Assembly (NCBI GenBank): GCA_026395435.1
Contig: JAPLYT010000006.1
Location: 31,587 to 95,586 of the forward strand
DNA: 64,000 nucleotides
From: Candidatus Saccharimonadota bacterium
GTDB lineage: Bacteria > Patescibacteriota > Saccharimonadia > Saccharimonadales > AWTP1-31
Reading direction: 5' to 3'
The notes below the pieces were generated by a model. That model was not told where the DNA came from, searched no databases, and saw only the letters and a program-made list of their open reading frames with translations. Below are positions 30,859 through 40,749 of the stretch, piece after piece. Both the position numbers and the translations under genes were made by a program. Within the stretch, counting starts at the first letter, position 1, and each line of letters starts with the position of its first letter.

Positions 30859-31569
30859 ATGTTACGTGACCGGCAACAACGAATTCTCCAGGCAATTGTC
30901 GAACAATACGCCGAAGTAGCCAGCCCTGTGGGGTCTAGTTTGCTTGCCAAAGTATTCGGCGTGTCATCTGCCACCATTCGATCAGAGATGGCCGATCTTG
31001 AGCGGCTTGGATATATTGCCCAGCCCCACACCAGTGCTGGCCGTATTCCCACCGACAAAGGGTATCGCTTTTATGTTAATAATCTAGCTGATAACGAACC
31101 AGAAACAGCGGCAGAACGTCGTGCTGAAAAAGCCCTTGCAACCCGTGTTTCGACTGGCGGCGTGACTGATCATGTCATCAAAAACGCCGTAGATACATTG
31201 GTGGAATTGACGCACAATCTCGGACTCGCTACCATCGGTGATCAGCTCTACATGAGTGGCTTATCAAACCTATTTGGTCAGCCCGAATTTATCAACAACG
31301 AACAAGTCCGCGAAGTCGCCAGCCTACTCGATAATCTTGAGCCATGGCTCTACGAAGCTGCCCCCAATGAACCACTCAGCGTCTATATCGGTCAAGAAAA
31401 CCCCATCGGAAGAAGTGCAGGCTGTACCTTGATCGTCAGTAGATTCAGAAGTCCTCACAGCGACCGTAGTTATATCGGTGTGTTGGGGCCTACCCGTCAA
31501 AGTTATCGAGATGTAATGATGCTTGTCCGTAGGACCGGTGAAGCACTAGAGGAGGTGTTATATGTCTAA
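30859..31569 (+). CDS. hrcA: Heat-inducible transcription repressor HrcA (short form)
   Basis: PVGS, SSATIRSEM, QPHTSAGRIPTDKGYR, GVLGPTR. Confidence 0.95.
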   Translation: MLRDRQQRILQAIVEQYAEVASPVGSSLLAKVFGVSSATIRSEMADLERLGYIAQPHTSAGRIPTDKGYRFYVNNLADNEPETAAERRAEKALATRVSTGGVTDHVIKNAVDTLVELTHNLGLATIGDQLYMSGLSNLFGQPEFINNEQVREVASLLDNLEPWLYEAAPNEPLSVYIGQENPIGRSAGCTLIVSRFRSPHSDRSYIGVLGPTRQSYRDVMMLVRRTGEALEEVLYV

Positions 31570-32035
31570 AGTCAAAAAACAAAATCATGATGAACTACAC
31601 GAGGAACTCGCTCGGGAAGTTGCGACGCTTACCGAAGCACTACAACGCGAACGAGCCGATGCCACCAACATCCGCCGCCGGCACGACGAGCAAATCGCCC
31701 AACTCCGGACGACCATAAAAGCGAGTGTCATCGAAGAGATGTTGCCCGCACTTGATAATTTTGAGCGGGCACTCAAACATGTCCCGGCTGATCTCGAAGG
31801 AAACGATTATATCAAGGGTGTGCAAGGTGTCGTAAAGCAATTTGAATCAACCCTCAAAGACCTTGGTGTCGAGCGCATTAAGACCATTGGCGAAACTTTT
31901 AACCCCAATATTCATGAAGCGGTTAGTGCTGATGGCGACGGGGATACCGAAACAGTTAGTGAAGAACTTCAAGCAGGCTATGTTGTGGGCGACAGAGTCA
32001 TTCGGCATGCTATGGTTCGTGTCGTTCGCGGTTAG
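31562..32035 (+). CDS. grpE: Nucleotide exchange factor GrpE
   Basis: LPALDNFERA, FNPNIHEAV, QAGY...RHAMVRV. Confidence 0.95.
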   Translation: MSKVKKQNHDELHEELAREVATLTEALQRERADATNIRRRHDEQIAQLRTTIKASVIEEMLPALDNFERALKHVPADLEGNDYIKGVQGVVKQFESTLKDLGVERIKTIGETFNPNIHEAVSADGDGDTETVSEELQAGYVVGDRVIRHAMVRVVRG

Positions 32036-32150
32036 TCAATTTGCTTTGTAGCGTTGTGAAAATGATGTCTGAACGCTTTTGTTAATGGGCACGTGCTTTC
32101 CGTGCAGTATACTATTCACAAATCAATAAAACAGTATAGAATATAACCAT

Positions 32151-33095
32151 ATGCGTTTAGCAAAAAATAACATAGTTCATATTCTCGCCTTGTCTGGATT
32201 TGTGGCGCTGGCCATCATCGTACGATCTCCCCGAGCAGAAGCGGCAGCCTGTGCTGCGCCGACAACAGACTATGGGTCGGTTACATCAACGATTAATGTC
32301 ACATCTGCCGGGAACTACCGGGTGTGGAGCCGAATTCAACAACCATCTACAACCGCCAACTCCTATTCATTGGAAGTTGATGGCGCTACTGCCGGTGCAA
32401 TTTGTCATAACTCTATCGGCGGCAACGCCGGATTGGCAATCAATACCTGGAACTGGGTAGATTATAAAGCAGGGAACAGCGCTACTAAAGTGGATGTTAC
32501 TTTGTCTGCTGGTAGTCATACGATCAAAATGATAGGTGATAGCGATGGATTGCTACTCGACCGAGTAATTTTAACCTCAATCAACACCGACGGAACAACG
32601 TGCACACCAACATCTACCGGGGATAACTGCGTGACTGTTGCAAATGTGGCGCCAACGGTTTCGGTATCGGCTTCACCGACTTCTGGTACTGCGCCACTCA
32701 ACACGACGCTTACTGCAACTCCTGCTGACAGTGATGGCACCATTACAAGTGTCGAATTCTTCAGAGGGACAACATCTCTTGGAACAAAAACAGCAGCACC
32801 ATGGACGTGGCCTATTACAGGGCTTGCAGCCGGCTCCTACACCTATACAGCCAAAGCTACCGATAATGACGGCGCAGCCACATCATCTAGTAACGTCACC
32901 GTCACTGCAAATGCCCCACCGACCAACAAGCCAGGTGATGCCAATGGCGATGGTGTCATCAATATCTATGATGCCTCGATCCTGAGCCTCAACTGGAACC
33001 TGACGGGTAGAACTTTTGCTCAAGGCGACTTTGATGGCAATGGTACGGTAAATATATATGACGCATCAATCTTAAGCATAAACTGGGGTAAATAA
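32151..33095 (+). CDS. Secreted protein: CBM-like beta-sandwich + Ig-like domain + C-terminal dockerin-like domain
   Basis: Signal peptide; AGNYRVWSR...LSAGSHTIK...LLDRV; APTVS...DSDGTITSVEF; duplicated Ca-loops GDANGDGVINIYD and GDFDGNGTVNIYD. Confidence 0.85.
   Translation: MRLAKNNIVHILALSGFVALAIIVRSPRAEAAACAAPTTDYGSVTSTINVTSAGNYRVWSRIQQPSTTANSYSLEVDGATAGAICHNSIGGNAGLAINTWNWVDYKAGNSATKVDVTLSAGSHTIKMIGDSDGLLLDRVILTSINTDGTTCTPTSTGDNCVTVANVAPTVSVSASPTSGTAPLNTTLTATPADSDGTITSVEFFRGTTSLGTKTAAPWTWPITGLAAGSYTYTAKATDNDGAATSSSNVTVTANAPPTNKPGDANGDGVINIYDASILSLNWNLTGRTFAQGDFDGNGTVNIYDASILSINWGK
32964..33034. repeat. 71-bp tract identical to 34277-34347 (dockerin cores)
   Basis: atctatgatgcctcg...ggcgactttga identical in both genes while the flanks differ at synonymous sites. 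Confidence 0.9.
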
Positions 33096-34408
33096 TGAAG
33101 AAAACGTTAAAATCAGTTCAGAACAAAAAGGCAAAAGCATTTATTTTCGTCGTCGGGTTTGCAATTATAGGTGCAATTATACTCATTTTTGCGAGTGCAG
33201 CCTCTGGTACGGCTACTCTCAGTCTCAGCCCCGCCAGCGGTAGTTACGACATATCAACTAATTTCACTGTCGGTGTTTTTGAAAATAGCGGGACGGACCA
33301 AGCCGCCGGTGTTGATGCAAAAATTACCTACGATGCCACAAAACTAGATGTAGTCTCGGTTGATACAACCGGTGCTGCTTTCACTGACTGTCCTGTTGCT
33401 CCCGCTGGAGCTAACGGAATCGTCACGATCAGTTGTATCAAATTCGGATCAACGTTTACGGGCAGTCAAAAAATTGGAAACATCACCTTTAAAACAAAAG
33501 TTGGTACTGGTACCACTTCGCTCGCATTTGGTTCGAATTCAGTCATTGTAAAGAACGATGGTTCAACGAATATCTGGAATGGGATAGTTACAGGTGGAAC
33601 GTATTCGCTTACAACTCCTGATACAACGCCACCGACGGTCAATATTACCGCACCTACTGCAAATGCTGTCGTCGAAGGCAGTGCCGTCGCGCTAAATGCG
33701 ACTGCAACTGATGATAGTGGGAATGTTAGCAAGGTTGAATTTTATGTCAATGGGGTCCTTAAGAGCACCGACACGGCAAGCCCCTACAGTTATTCTTGGG
33801 ATTCAAAAACCGTATCTGATGGGACGTACCCCGTCGTCGTGAAGGCATATGATAATGCACCTACCCCTAATGTCGGTTCAGCCACGGTCAATATTCAAGT
33901 AAAGAATAACAAGCCAAATCTTGTGGTATCCTCAATTTCACTTTCGCCAACCAACCCCAAGCCTGGCGATATCGTAACGTTTAGTGCAGTCATTACCAAT
34001 AATGGAACTGCCAATACCGTTGACGGAACATCATACGCAACAGGATTTACTGTCGACACTACAGAAATATCCGCTCCGGCCGATACGGTCGCAATAGCGG
34101 TAGGCGCAAGTAGGACAATTACCACTACCTGGACGGCGACATTAGGTGCTCACTCGGTGATTGTAAATGTAGATAAAAACAATACAATTGGCGAATTAAA
34201 CGAAACTGATAATTCCAAGACTCAAGCCTTTGACGTCAAGAAACCGGGTGATGCCAACGCTGATGGAGTTATCAACATCTATGATGCCTCGATCCTGAGC
34301 CTCAACTGGAACCTGACGGGTAGAACTTTTGCTCAAGGCGACTTTGACGGTAACGGTACGGTGAACATCTACGACGCAGCAATATTAAGCATTAATTGGG
34401 GTAAATAA
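33095..34408 (+). CDS. Secreted protein: N-terminal cohesin-like domain + Ig-like + CARDB-like + C-terminal dockerin-like domain
   Basis: LSLSPASG...FTVGV...GVDAKITYDATKL...IGNITFK cohesin pattern; DTTPPTV...KVEFYVNG; PNLVV...ELNETDN; dockerin near-identical to the previous gene. Confidence 0.85.
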   Translation: MKKTLKSVQNKKAKAFIFVVGFAIIGAIILIFASAASGTATLSLSPASGSYDISTNFTVGVFENSGTDQAAGVDAKITYDATKLDVVSVDTTGAAFTDCPVAPAGANGIVTISCIKFGSTFTGSQKIGNITFKTKVGTGTTSLAFGSNSVIVKNDGSTNIWNGIVTGGTYSLTTPDTTPPTVNITAPTANAVVEGSAVALNATATDDSGNVSKVEFYVNGVLKSTDTASPYSYSWDSKTVSDGTYPVVVKAYDNAPTPNVGSATVNIQVKNNKPNLVVSSISLSPTNPKPGDIVTFSAVITNNGTANTVDGTSYATGFTVDTTEISAPADTVAIAVGASRTITTTWTATLGAHSVIVNVDKNNTIGELNETDNSKTQAFDVKKPGDANADGVINIYDASILSLNWNLTGRTFAQGDFDGNGTVNIYDAAILSINWGK

Positions 34409-35982
34409 TGATAATTTCACGGAACAAACACAGTAAAGGAACTACTATAGTACGAGCTATGATGGCAGTATTCATGGTCATTGGAGTGATTTCCGCTCTT
34501 CCTTTTGGTACTGCAAGCGCTGCAGGATCAGCCTCCTTGAGCCTCACCCCGGCAAGTGGAAGCTACCCCATATCAACTAATTTCACTGTCGGCGTATTCG
34601 AAAATAGTGGCACAGATACAGCTGTCGGTGTTGATGCAAAAATAACCTACGATGCCACAAAACTTGATTTTGTATCAGTTGATACAACTGGTGGAGTATT
34701 TACCGACTGCCCTTCTGCTCCTGTTGGAGGAGGCGGAAATGTCACAATTACTTGCGTTAAATTCGGATTTTCGTTTACGGGCAGCCAAAAAATAGGAAAT
34801 GTCACATTTAAGACTAAGGCTGGCACTGGCACCACTTCACTCGGTTTTGGATCTAGTTCTGCAATTGTTAAGAATGACGGATCTACGAACCTATGGAACG
34901 GCTCAACTGCTGGGGGCACCTACACGCTAACAACCCCTACACCTCCACCATCAGGTGGCGGTGGCGGTACTACAACACCTCCACCATCAGGTGGCGGTGG
35001 CGGTACTACGAAACCTCCAGCTGGCGGAAGTACTTCACCTAACACAACTGCACCAGCAAATACGGCGCCAAATACCAACCCAGGTACAACCAAACCAAAC
35101 AACTCGTCATCGACAAATACCGTCACAACATCGCCTGCAAATGAACTTGTTCCAGTTGCACCTCCTAACGCTACGGGTAAATCAGTGTCGGTCTTTGTAT
35201 CGGATGCGAACAGCAGAGCAGTTGCTGGCGCAAAAGTATCGCTTGGTAGCAAGACATATCTCACTGATGCCAACGGCATTGCCAGTTTTGGGGATGTCAA
35301 GCCTGGTACCTATACGGTAAAAATTGTCGCTGCTACTGGATCTGCTTCGAAATCATTCACCGTTACTCCCGTATCTCAAGATGGCACCGCTCAAAAGGTT
35401 GAAGTGGTCGTGAAGAAATCGAGCAATTTAGTAATGCTTGGCGCTCTCGGCCTCGGTGCAATTTTTGTCTTGACTGGTGCATATATGATCTTCAGAAAAT
35501 GGCAGATGAACCGAATGATGAGTCTACCATCTGGCGCTGAGTCTGCAGTTGTGGTCAACAAACCTCCAGAAGCAATTCCCTTTGAACCGATACCTGTCAG
35601 TCCTCCGGTCGAATCCGCCAAAACTGATGAACCTACTCCAGCGGAAGCCCCAAAAGCCGACCCAAAGCCAGAACCTACTCCATTGGTCGAAGAAAAAGAG
35701 CCTGAAATTGATGAAGGCGCTGCGGCTGAATTACTTAAAAAAGCGCATGTAACCGAATCAGCGGAAGCCCCAAAAGAAGAGGCTCCCGCCAAAACTGATG
35801 AACCTACTCCAGCGGAAGCCCCAAAAGCCAAACCCGCTGAAACGTCAGCGGAAGCCCCAAAGACACCAAAACCAAAGCCGGTCGTATCTGCCGAAACATC
35901 ACCTATCGATGCGCCTAAGCCGGCCGGAAAAGTTGATACTGTCATGGTCACACCTGCGGAGCCAAAACCAAAGCCAGAGTAG
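34408..35982 (+). CDS. Membrane-anchored cohesin-like protein with Pro/Thr linker, beta-sandwich, TM and Pro/Glu/Lys-rich cytoplasmic tail
   Basis: Cohesin highly similar to that of 33095..34408; TDANGIASF...PGTYTV; TM LVMLGALGLGAIFVLTGAYMIF followed by RK. Confidence 0.8.
   Translation: MIISRNKHSKGTTIVRAMMAVFMVIGVISALPFGTASAAGSASLSLTPASGSYPISTNFTVGVFENSGTDTAVGVDAKITYDATKLDFVSVDTTGGVFTDCPSAPVGGGGNVTITCVKFGFSFTGSQKIGNVTFKTKAGTGTTSLGFGSSSAIVKNDGSTNLWNGSTAGGTYTLTTPTPPPSGGGGGTTTPPPSGGGGGTTKPPAGGSTSPNTTAPANTAPNTNPGTTKPNNSSSTNTVTTSPANELVPVAPPNATGKSVSVFVSDANSRAVAGAKVSLGSKTYLTDANGIASFGDVKPGTYTVKIVAATGSASKSFTVTPVSQDGTAQKVEVVVKKSSNLVMLGALGLGAIFVLTGAYMIFRKWQMNRMMSLPSGAESAVVVNKPPEAIPFEPIPVSPPVESAKTDEPTPAEAPKADPKPEPTPLVEEKEPEIDEGAAAELLKKAHVTESAEAPKEEAPAKTDEPTPAEAPKAKPAETSAEAPKTPKPKPVVSAETSPIDAPKPAGKVDTVMVTPAEPKPKPE
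34939..35009. repeat. 36-bp-period tandem repeat (TPPPSGGGGGTT x2)
   Basis: acacctccaccatcaggtggcggtggcggtactac at 34939 and 34975. Confidence 0.9.
35615..35829. repeat. 44-bp direct repeat (AKTDEPTPAEAPKA) in the cytoplasmic tail
   Basis: Identical at 35615-35658 and 35786-35829. Confidence 0.9.
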
Positions 35983-36050
35983 AAGAAAATCATTATTGTA
36001 TCTGATCTTCATGATGAAACATGAAATGTTATAAACAGAGAGTTTTTACA

Positions 36051-37301
36051 ATGAAACGATCAGAAAAGCATATAAAATCTAGCAAGAAATCATTTATCAC
36101 CAAAAGGAATAGCATTCTTTTGGCGAGCTTTTGCTTAGTTGGGATTATGGCATTGGTGATTTCTCATGCGTCGGTTCCTTCTATCGCTATTGAGCCTGAA
36201 AATGAACTGGTTAGTCTGCCTGCGCTAAAACAAAGTAGTCAACCGGGGGCTAGTAATAGTAGCTATATCAAGTTCACAAAGTCTTCCGCTGCGTGGTGGA
36301 AGCCGGCTCGCAACGCACGCTGGAATTGGATATTGGAAGGTGGAGTGACTACTACTAACAGCGTCGAGACGGCTCGCTATGATATGTATGATGTCGATAT
36401 GCAGAGCATGATACCTGCTGCTACACAGCAAACTATTACCTGGCCTGCCTCGACGTTAGTACCTGGCGGTCATGCAACCACCATCACGTGGCCAAAAGGC
36501 AGTAATGCCGGGTTGATTAGTACGCTGCATAACCAAGGAAAGAAGGTTATTTGTTATATCGACTCCGGTGCCTTTGAGGATTATCGACCTGACGCATCGG
36601 CTTTTCCAGGTACATGGGGGTCTGGCAACAATCGAAGTACGAGCGATAACAGTAGTGCCGCACAACTGTTTGGAAGTTCCGTCCCCTATGTTGGTCCGTC
36701 TCAGTTGGCCGCTCAGGATCCTATCGGTGGTGGATCGGATGGAACGGTCGGCGGGTCGTTTAGCGGTGAATACTGGCTTGATCAACGGATTAGTTCCTGG
36801 AAGGATGTTTGGGGGCCAATCATTTGGGCTCGTATGGATTTAGCCAAAAAAATTGGATGTGACGGCATGGAAGGTGATCAAAACAATGCCTATGGTAACG
36901 ATACGACCTATGGTGTCACCCAAAACGACAGCTTGCGTTTGTATCGTGAGTTTTATTATCAATTACACATTCGTGGGCTGACCGCTATTAGTAAGAACGG
37001 CATCGAATTGACCGCCGGACAAGTATCCGACCCAACAGATATAAGTTATTGTACCCCCGGTCTTTGTCAAGCAGACGGTATCCTTAACGAAGAATGTTCT
37101 TATTTTAGTGAATGCGCTTCACTACAACCGGCTGCAGATAAGCAGCTCTGGATTGGCCAAGCAGAATATAAGGATGAAGGAGCCGCAGTTTCGGTGGCCA
37201 ATGTCTGCCCTTCGGCCAATAGTCAGGGCCGTATGGCGATGATCAAGCCAAACGTGCAGCCAGTACTAGAAGCGAACTTTGCTCTTTGCTGGGAGCAGTA
37301 A
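36051..37301 (+). CDS. Secreted GH114-like endo-alpha-1,4-polygalactosaminidase
   Basis: WWKP...WNWIL, GKKVICYIDSGAFEDYRPD, GEYWLD, RMDLAKKIGCDG, KN, NEEC. Confidence 0.8.
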   Translation: MKRSEKHIKSSKKSFITKRNSILLASFCLVGIMALVISHASVPSIAIEPENELVSLPALKQSSQPGASNSSYIKFTKSSAAWWKPARNARWNWILEGGVTTTNSVETARYDMYDVDMQSMIPAATQQTITWPASTLVPGGHATTITWPKGSNAGLISTLHNQGKKVICYIDSGAFEDYRPDASAFPGTWGSGNNRSTSDNSSAAQLFGSSVPYVGPSQLAAQDPIGGGSDGTVGGSFSGEYWLDQRISSWKDVWGPIIWARMDLAKKIGCDGMEGDQNNAYGNDTTYGVTQNDSLRLYREFYYQLHIRGLTAISKNGIELTAGQVSDPTDISYCTPGLCQADGILNEECSYFSECASLQPAADKQLWIGQAEYKDEGAAVSVANVCPSANSQGRMAMIKPNVQPVLEANFALCWEQ

Positions 37302-37313
37302 AATTCTGAAAAA

Positions 37314-37338
37314 TTGGCACTCTAAGTTGTAGTGCCAA
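37314..37338. promoter_or_regulatory. Degenerate CIRCE-like box (7-nt spacer), part of a 20-bp direct repeat
   Basis: TTGGCACTC-N7-TAGTGCCAA; attctgaaaaattggcactc at 37303 and 37484. Confidence 0.55.
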
Positions 37339-37358
37339 GAGTATCAATAATTTCCATG

Positions 37359-37484
37359 TATTGCACATATCTTTGGACCCACTCTTGATTTTATTCTGCG
37401 ATCCACTATTACGTACCGCAGGGGTACGAAATAGTAACGTTCTCGAATAGAAATCCAGACTAAGTCTCAAATATATGCACAATA
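37359..37484. repeat. Long imperfect palindrome with CGTACC-N5-GGTACG apex
   Basis: ACTATTACGTACC / GGTACGAAATAGT, TATTC / GAATA, GATTT / AAATC, ATATCTTTG / CAAATATAT. Confidence 0.7.
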
Positions 37485-37494
37485 TTCTGAAAAA

Positions 37495-37570
37495 TTGGCA
37501 CTCACAGCACTAGACTGCCAATTCTATTTTTGTTACAATTGTTCTAGCACTCTAATTGGGCAACTGCTAA
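37495..37570. promoter_or_regulatory. Two CIRCE operators upstream of dnaK
   Basis: TTGGCACTC-N9-GACTGCCAA (37495-37521) and CTAGCACTC-N9-AACTGCTAA (37544-37570), bracketing TGTTACAAT. Confidence 0.88.
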
Positions 37571-37605
37571 TTACGCGGTGCATTAATCACTAAGGAGATC
37601 ACTTT

Positions 37606-39528
37606 ATGGGTAAAATTATAGGCATTGACCTCGGAACAACTAACTCGGCCATGGCCGTCATGCAATCTGGCAAGCCAGAAATCATTGCAAACTCAGAAGG
37701 TGCACGTACAACACCATCTGTTGTTGCGCTCAACAAAAACGATGAACGACTTGTCGGTCAGGTCGCTCGTAGGCAAATGGTGACTAATCCATCGAACACT
37801 ATTTATGAAGTAAAACGACTTATCGGTCGTAGTTTTGAAGACAAAGAAGTCCAGCGCGATCTCAAACTAATGGGCTATGAAATCGTCAAGAGTGGCAAAG
37901 CCGTCAAAGTGAAGATGGGCGACAAAGAATATAGTCCTGAAGAAGTCAGTGCGATGATCTTGGGTAAGCTCAAGGCAGATGCCGAAGCATTTACTGGTGG
38001 GGCAGTCACCGAAGCAGTCATCACTGTACCGGCTTATTTCGACGACTCTCAGCGTCAGGCCACCAAAGATGCTGGTAAAATTGCCGGCCTTGAGGTTAAG
38101 CGTATTATCAACGAGCCGACTGCTGCTGCACTTGCCTACGGTCTTGATAAAGGAAGCAAAAAAGACGAGAAGATCGCCGTATTCGACCTTGGTGGTGGAA
38201 CATTCGACGTATCCATCTTAGAGCTAGGTGATGGCGTTTTCGAAGTAAAGAGTACCAACGGTGATACGCACCTTGGTGGTGCCGACTTCGACCGCGTCAT
38301 CGTCAACTATCTCGTTGATGCATTCAAAAAAGACAGTGGTGTCAGCGTCATCGACGACAAAGCAGCCATGCAACGGCTCCGTGATGAAGCCGAGAAGGCC
38401 AAGATTGAACTGTCTACAACTAACGAGGTAGATATCAACCTGCCATTCCTTACTGCCGATGCCGATGGTCCTAAGCACTTCGAGCACAAACTATCTCGTG
38501 CCAAGCTCGAAAGTCTCGTCGGTGAACTCATCGACAAAACTGCTGTCCCATGCGAAAAAGCCCTCAAAGACGCCAAGCTCAAAGCCAGCGATATTGATGC
38601 GGTTGTGTTGGTTGGTGGTATGACTCGTATGCCTGCTGTCATCGAAAAAGTGAAGAAGATTTTTGGCAAAGATCCAATGCAGGGTGTTAACCCCGACGAA
38701 GTCGTTGCCATTGGTGCCGCTATCCAAGGTGGTGTTTTGCAAGGTGACGTCAAAGACGTATTACTCCTCGATGTCACTCCGCTTTCTCTCGGTATCGAAA
38801 CCCTCGGTGGTGTCGCAACCAAACTTATTGAGCGGAACACAACTATCCCTTCAAGCAAGAGCGAAGTATTTAGTACTGCTGCCGATAACCAGAATCAAGT
38901 TGAAATTCATGTGGTGCAAGGAGAACGTGAATTCGTCGCCGACAACAAATCTCTCGGTCGATTCGTGCTCGATGGTATCCCACCAGCGCCACGTGGCGTC
39001 CCTCAGGTAGAAGTTACCTTCAACCTTGATGCTAACGGTATCTTGAACGTTTCTGCCAAGGATAAGGGCTCAGGTAAGGAACAGAGCATTACCATCCAGG
39101 GTAGTAGCGGTCTGAGCAAAGAAGAAGTTGAGAAAATGGCCAAAGAAGCCGAAGCTCACGCCGAAGAAGATAAGAAAAAGCGTGAAGGTATCGAATCCAA
39201 GAACCAGCTCGATAGCGCCATCTATCAGGCTGAGAAAATGAAGACTGACAACAAAGAGAAAATCTCTGAGGACGACGTTAAAGTCATCGACGAAGCTGTC
39301 GAGACGGCTAAGAAAGTTTTGGCTGACGAAAAAGCCGATGGTGAAACCTACGAGGCTGCAGCCAAAGCCCTCACCGAGGCGATCATGCCAATCGGCGCCA
39401 AGATGTACGAAGAAGCTGCCAAAGCTGAATCTGCCGAAGGCGACGAAGACACAAAAGACGCCAAAGACGAAGCCGTCGAAGGTGAAGTAGTCGAAGACGA
39501 CACAAAAGATAAGAAAGACAAAAAATAA
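37606..39528 (+). CDS. dnaK: Chaperone DnaK
   Basis: [45 protein letters not shown]. Confidence 0.99.
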   Translation: MGKIIGIDLGTTNSAMAVMQSGKPEIIANSEGARTTPSVVALNKNDERLVGQVARRQMVTNPSNTIYEVKRLIGRSFEDKEVQRDLKLMGYEIVKSGKAVKVKMGDKEYSPEEVSAMILGKLKADAEAFTGGAVTEAVITVPAYFDDSQRQATKDAGKIAGLEVKRIINEPTAAALAYGLDKGSKKDEKIAVFDLGGGTFDVSILELGDGVFEVKSTNGDTHLGGADFDRVIVNYLVDAFKKDSGVSVIDDKAAMQRLRDEAEKAKIELSTTNEVDINLPFLTADADGPKHFEHKLSRAKLESLVGELIDKTAVPCEKALKDAKLKASDIDAVVLVGGMTRMPAVIEKVKKIFGKDPMQGVNPDEVVAIGAAIQGGVLQGDVKDVLLLDVTPLSLGIETLGGVATKLIERNTTIPSSKSEVFSTAADNQNQVEIHVVQGEREFVADNKSLGRFVLDGIPPAPRGVPQVEVTFNLDANGILNVSAKDKGSGKEQSITIQGSSGLSKEEVEKMAKEAEAHAEEDKKKREGIESKNQLDSAIYQAEKMKTDNKEKISEDDVKVIDEAVETAKKVLADEKADGETYEAAAKALTEAIMPIGAKMYEEAAKAESAEGDEDTKDAKDEAVEGEVVEDDTKDKKDKK

Positions 39529-39577
39529 TCAGCAACTGAACTGACGGCTGCACTAGATCGTCTTGCCCGATAGGGGC

Positions 39578-39604
39578 CTAGCACTCCCATGCCCTAACTG
39601 CTAA
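39578..39604. promoter_or_regulatory. CIRCE operator upstream of dnaJ
   Basis: CTAGCACTC-N9-AACTGCTAA. Confidence 0.85.
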
Positions 39605-39618
39605 AATGAATGGATACT

Positions 39619-40722
39619 ATGAGCAAACGTGACTATTACGAAGTACTCGGTATTGGCAAATCAGCCAGTGATGACGAGATCAAAAAAGCTTTTCGCAAGA
39701 AAGCCGTCGAGCATCACCCCGATAAGCAGGGCGGCGATGAGGCCAAATTCAAGGAAATAAATGAAGCGTACGAGGTCTTAAAAGACGAACGCAAGCGGCA
39801 ACGATACGACCAGTTTGGCCATGCTGGCGTCGGCAGTAGTGCGGCCAGTGATGGACCTGCTGGTAATCCGTATGCTGGATTTGGCGGCCAGACAGGAAAC
39901 TTCGACTTTGGTGACTTGGGCCTCGGCGATATCTTCAGTAGTTTCTTTGGCGGTGGCCAGCCAGGGCAGCAGCAAAGTGCCCGGGGTCGTGATGTCGAGA
40001 CATCAGTAGACCTAAGCTTTGAACAGGGAATATTCGGTGTCGAGCATGACCTTCGGGTCACACTTGAAGATACCTGTGAGCACTGCAAGGGCACAACAGC
40101 CGAACCAGGCTACGAGCTCAAAACCTGTGATACCTGTAAGGGAAGTGGCCAAACCATGCGAGTCACGCGGACGGTATTTGGCGATATTCAGCAAGCGACC
40201 ATCTGCCATACCTGTAAGGGTACCGGAAAAGTACCAGAGAAAATGTGTACCGTCTGTCATGGCAAAGGTACTAAGCAAAAGTCACAGAACATCAAGATCA
40301 AGATCCCAGCTGGCATCGATGATGGCGCCACGATTCGACTGCGAGAGCAGGGTGAAGCTGTTGCTAATGGCCCGAAGGGTGATCTGTATGTTCATATTCG
40401 GGTTAAACCTCATAAGCATTTCACGCGAGAGGGCGACCTTATATTGAGCGAAGAACGAGTAGGCATGGTAGATGCAGCCCTTGGTACTGAGATTGACGTC
40501 GATACCGTTGATGGCAAAATCCGGATGAAAGTGCCTGCTGGGTCGCAAAGCGGCACCGATTTCAAGCTATCCGGCCATGGCGTGCCACACATGCGTGGGT
40601 CTGGCCGCGGTGCTCATATCGTGACACTCATCGTCGAAACGCCAACCAAACTCAACAAGAAACAGCAAGAATTATTACAAGAACTTCGCGACAGCAGCGG
40701 CAAGCACGGCTTCTTCCGATAG
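39619..40722 (+). CDS. dnaJ: Chaperone DnaJ
   Basis: DYYEVLG, HPD, G/F region, four CxxCxGxG-type motifs. Confidence 0.98.
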   Translation: MSKRDYYEVLGIGKSASDDEIKKAFRKKAVEHHPDKQGGDEAKFKEINEAYEVLKDERKRQRYDQFGHAGVGSSAASDGPAGNPYAGFGGQTGNFDFGDLGLGDIFSSFFGGGQPGQQQSARGRDVETSVDLSFEQGIFGVEHDLRVTLEDTCEHCKGTTAEPGYELKTCDTCKGSGQTMRVTRTVFGDIQQATICHTCKGTGKVPEKMCTVCHGKGTKQKSQNIKIKIPAGIDDGATIRLREQGEAVANGPKGDLYVHIRVKPHKHFTREGDLILSEERVGMVDAALGTEIDVDTVDGKIRMKVPAGSQSGTDFKLSGHGVPHMRGSGRGAHIVTLIVETPTKLNKKQQELLQELRDSSGKHGFFR

Positions 40723-40749
40723 CTATAGCCACCCCAAACAATGGGATGT

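Noticed and set aside
32151..37301. Classical cellulosome
   Set aside because: No multi-cohesin scaffoldin, and the dockerin-bearing proteins lack catalytic domains
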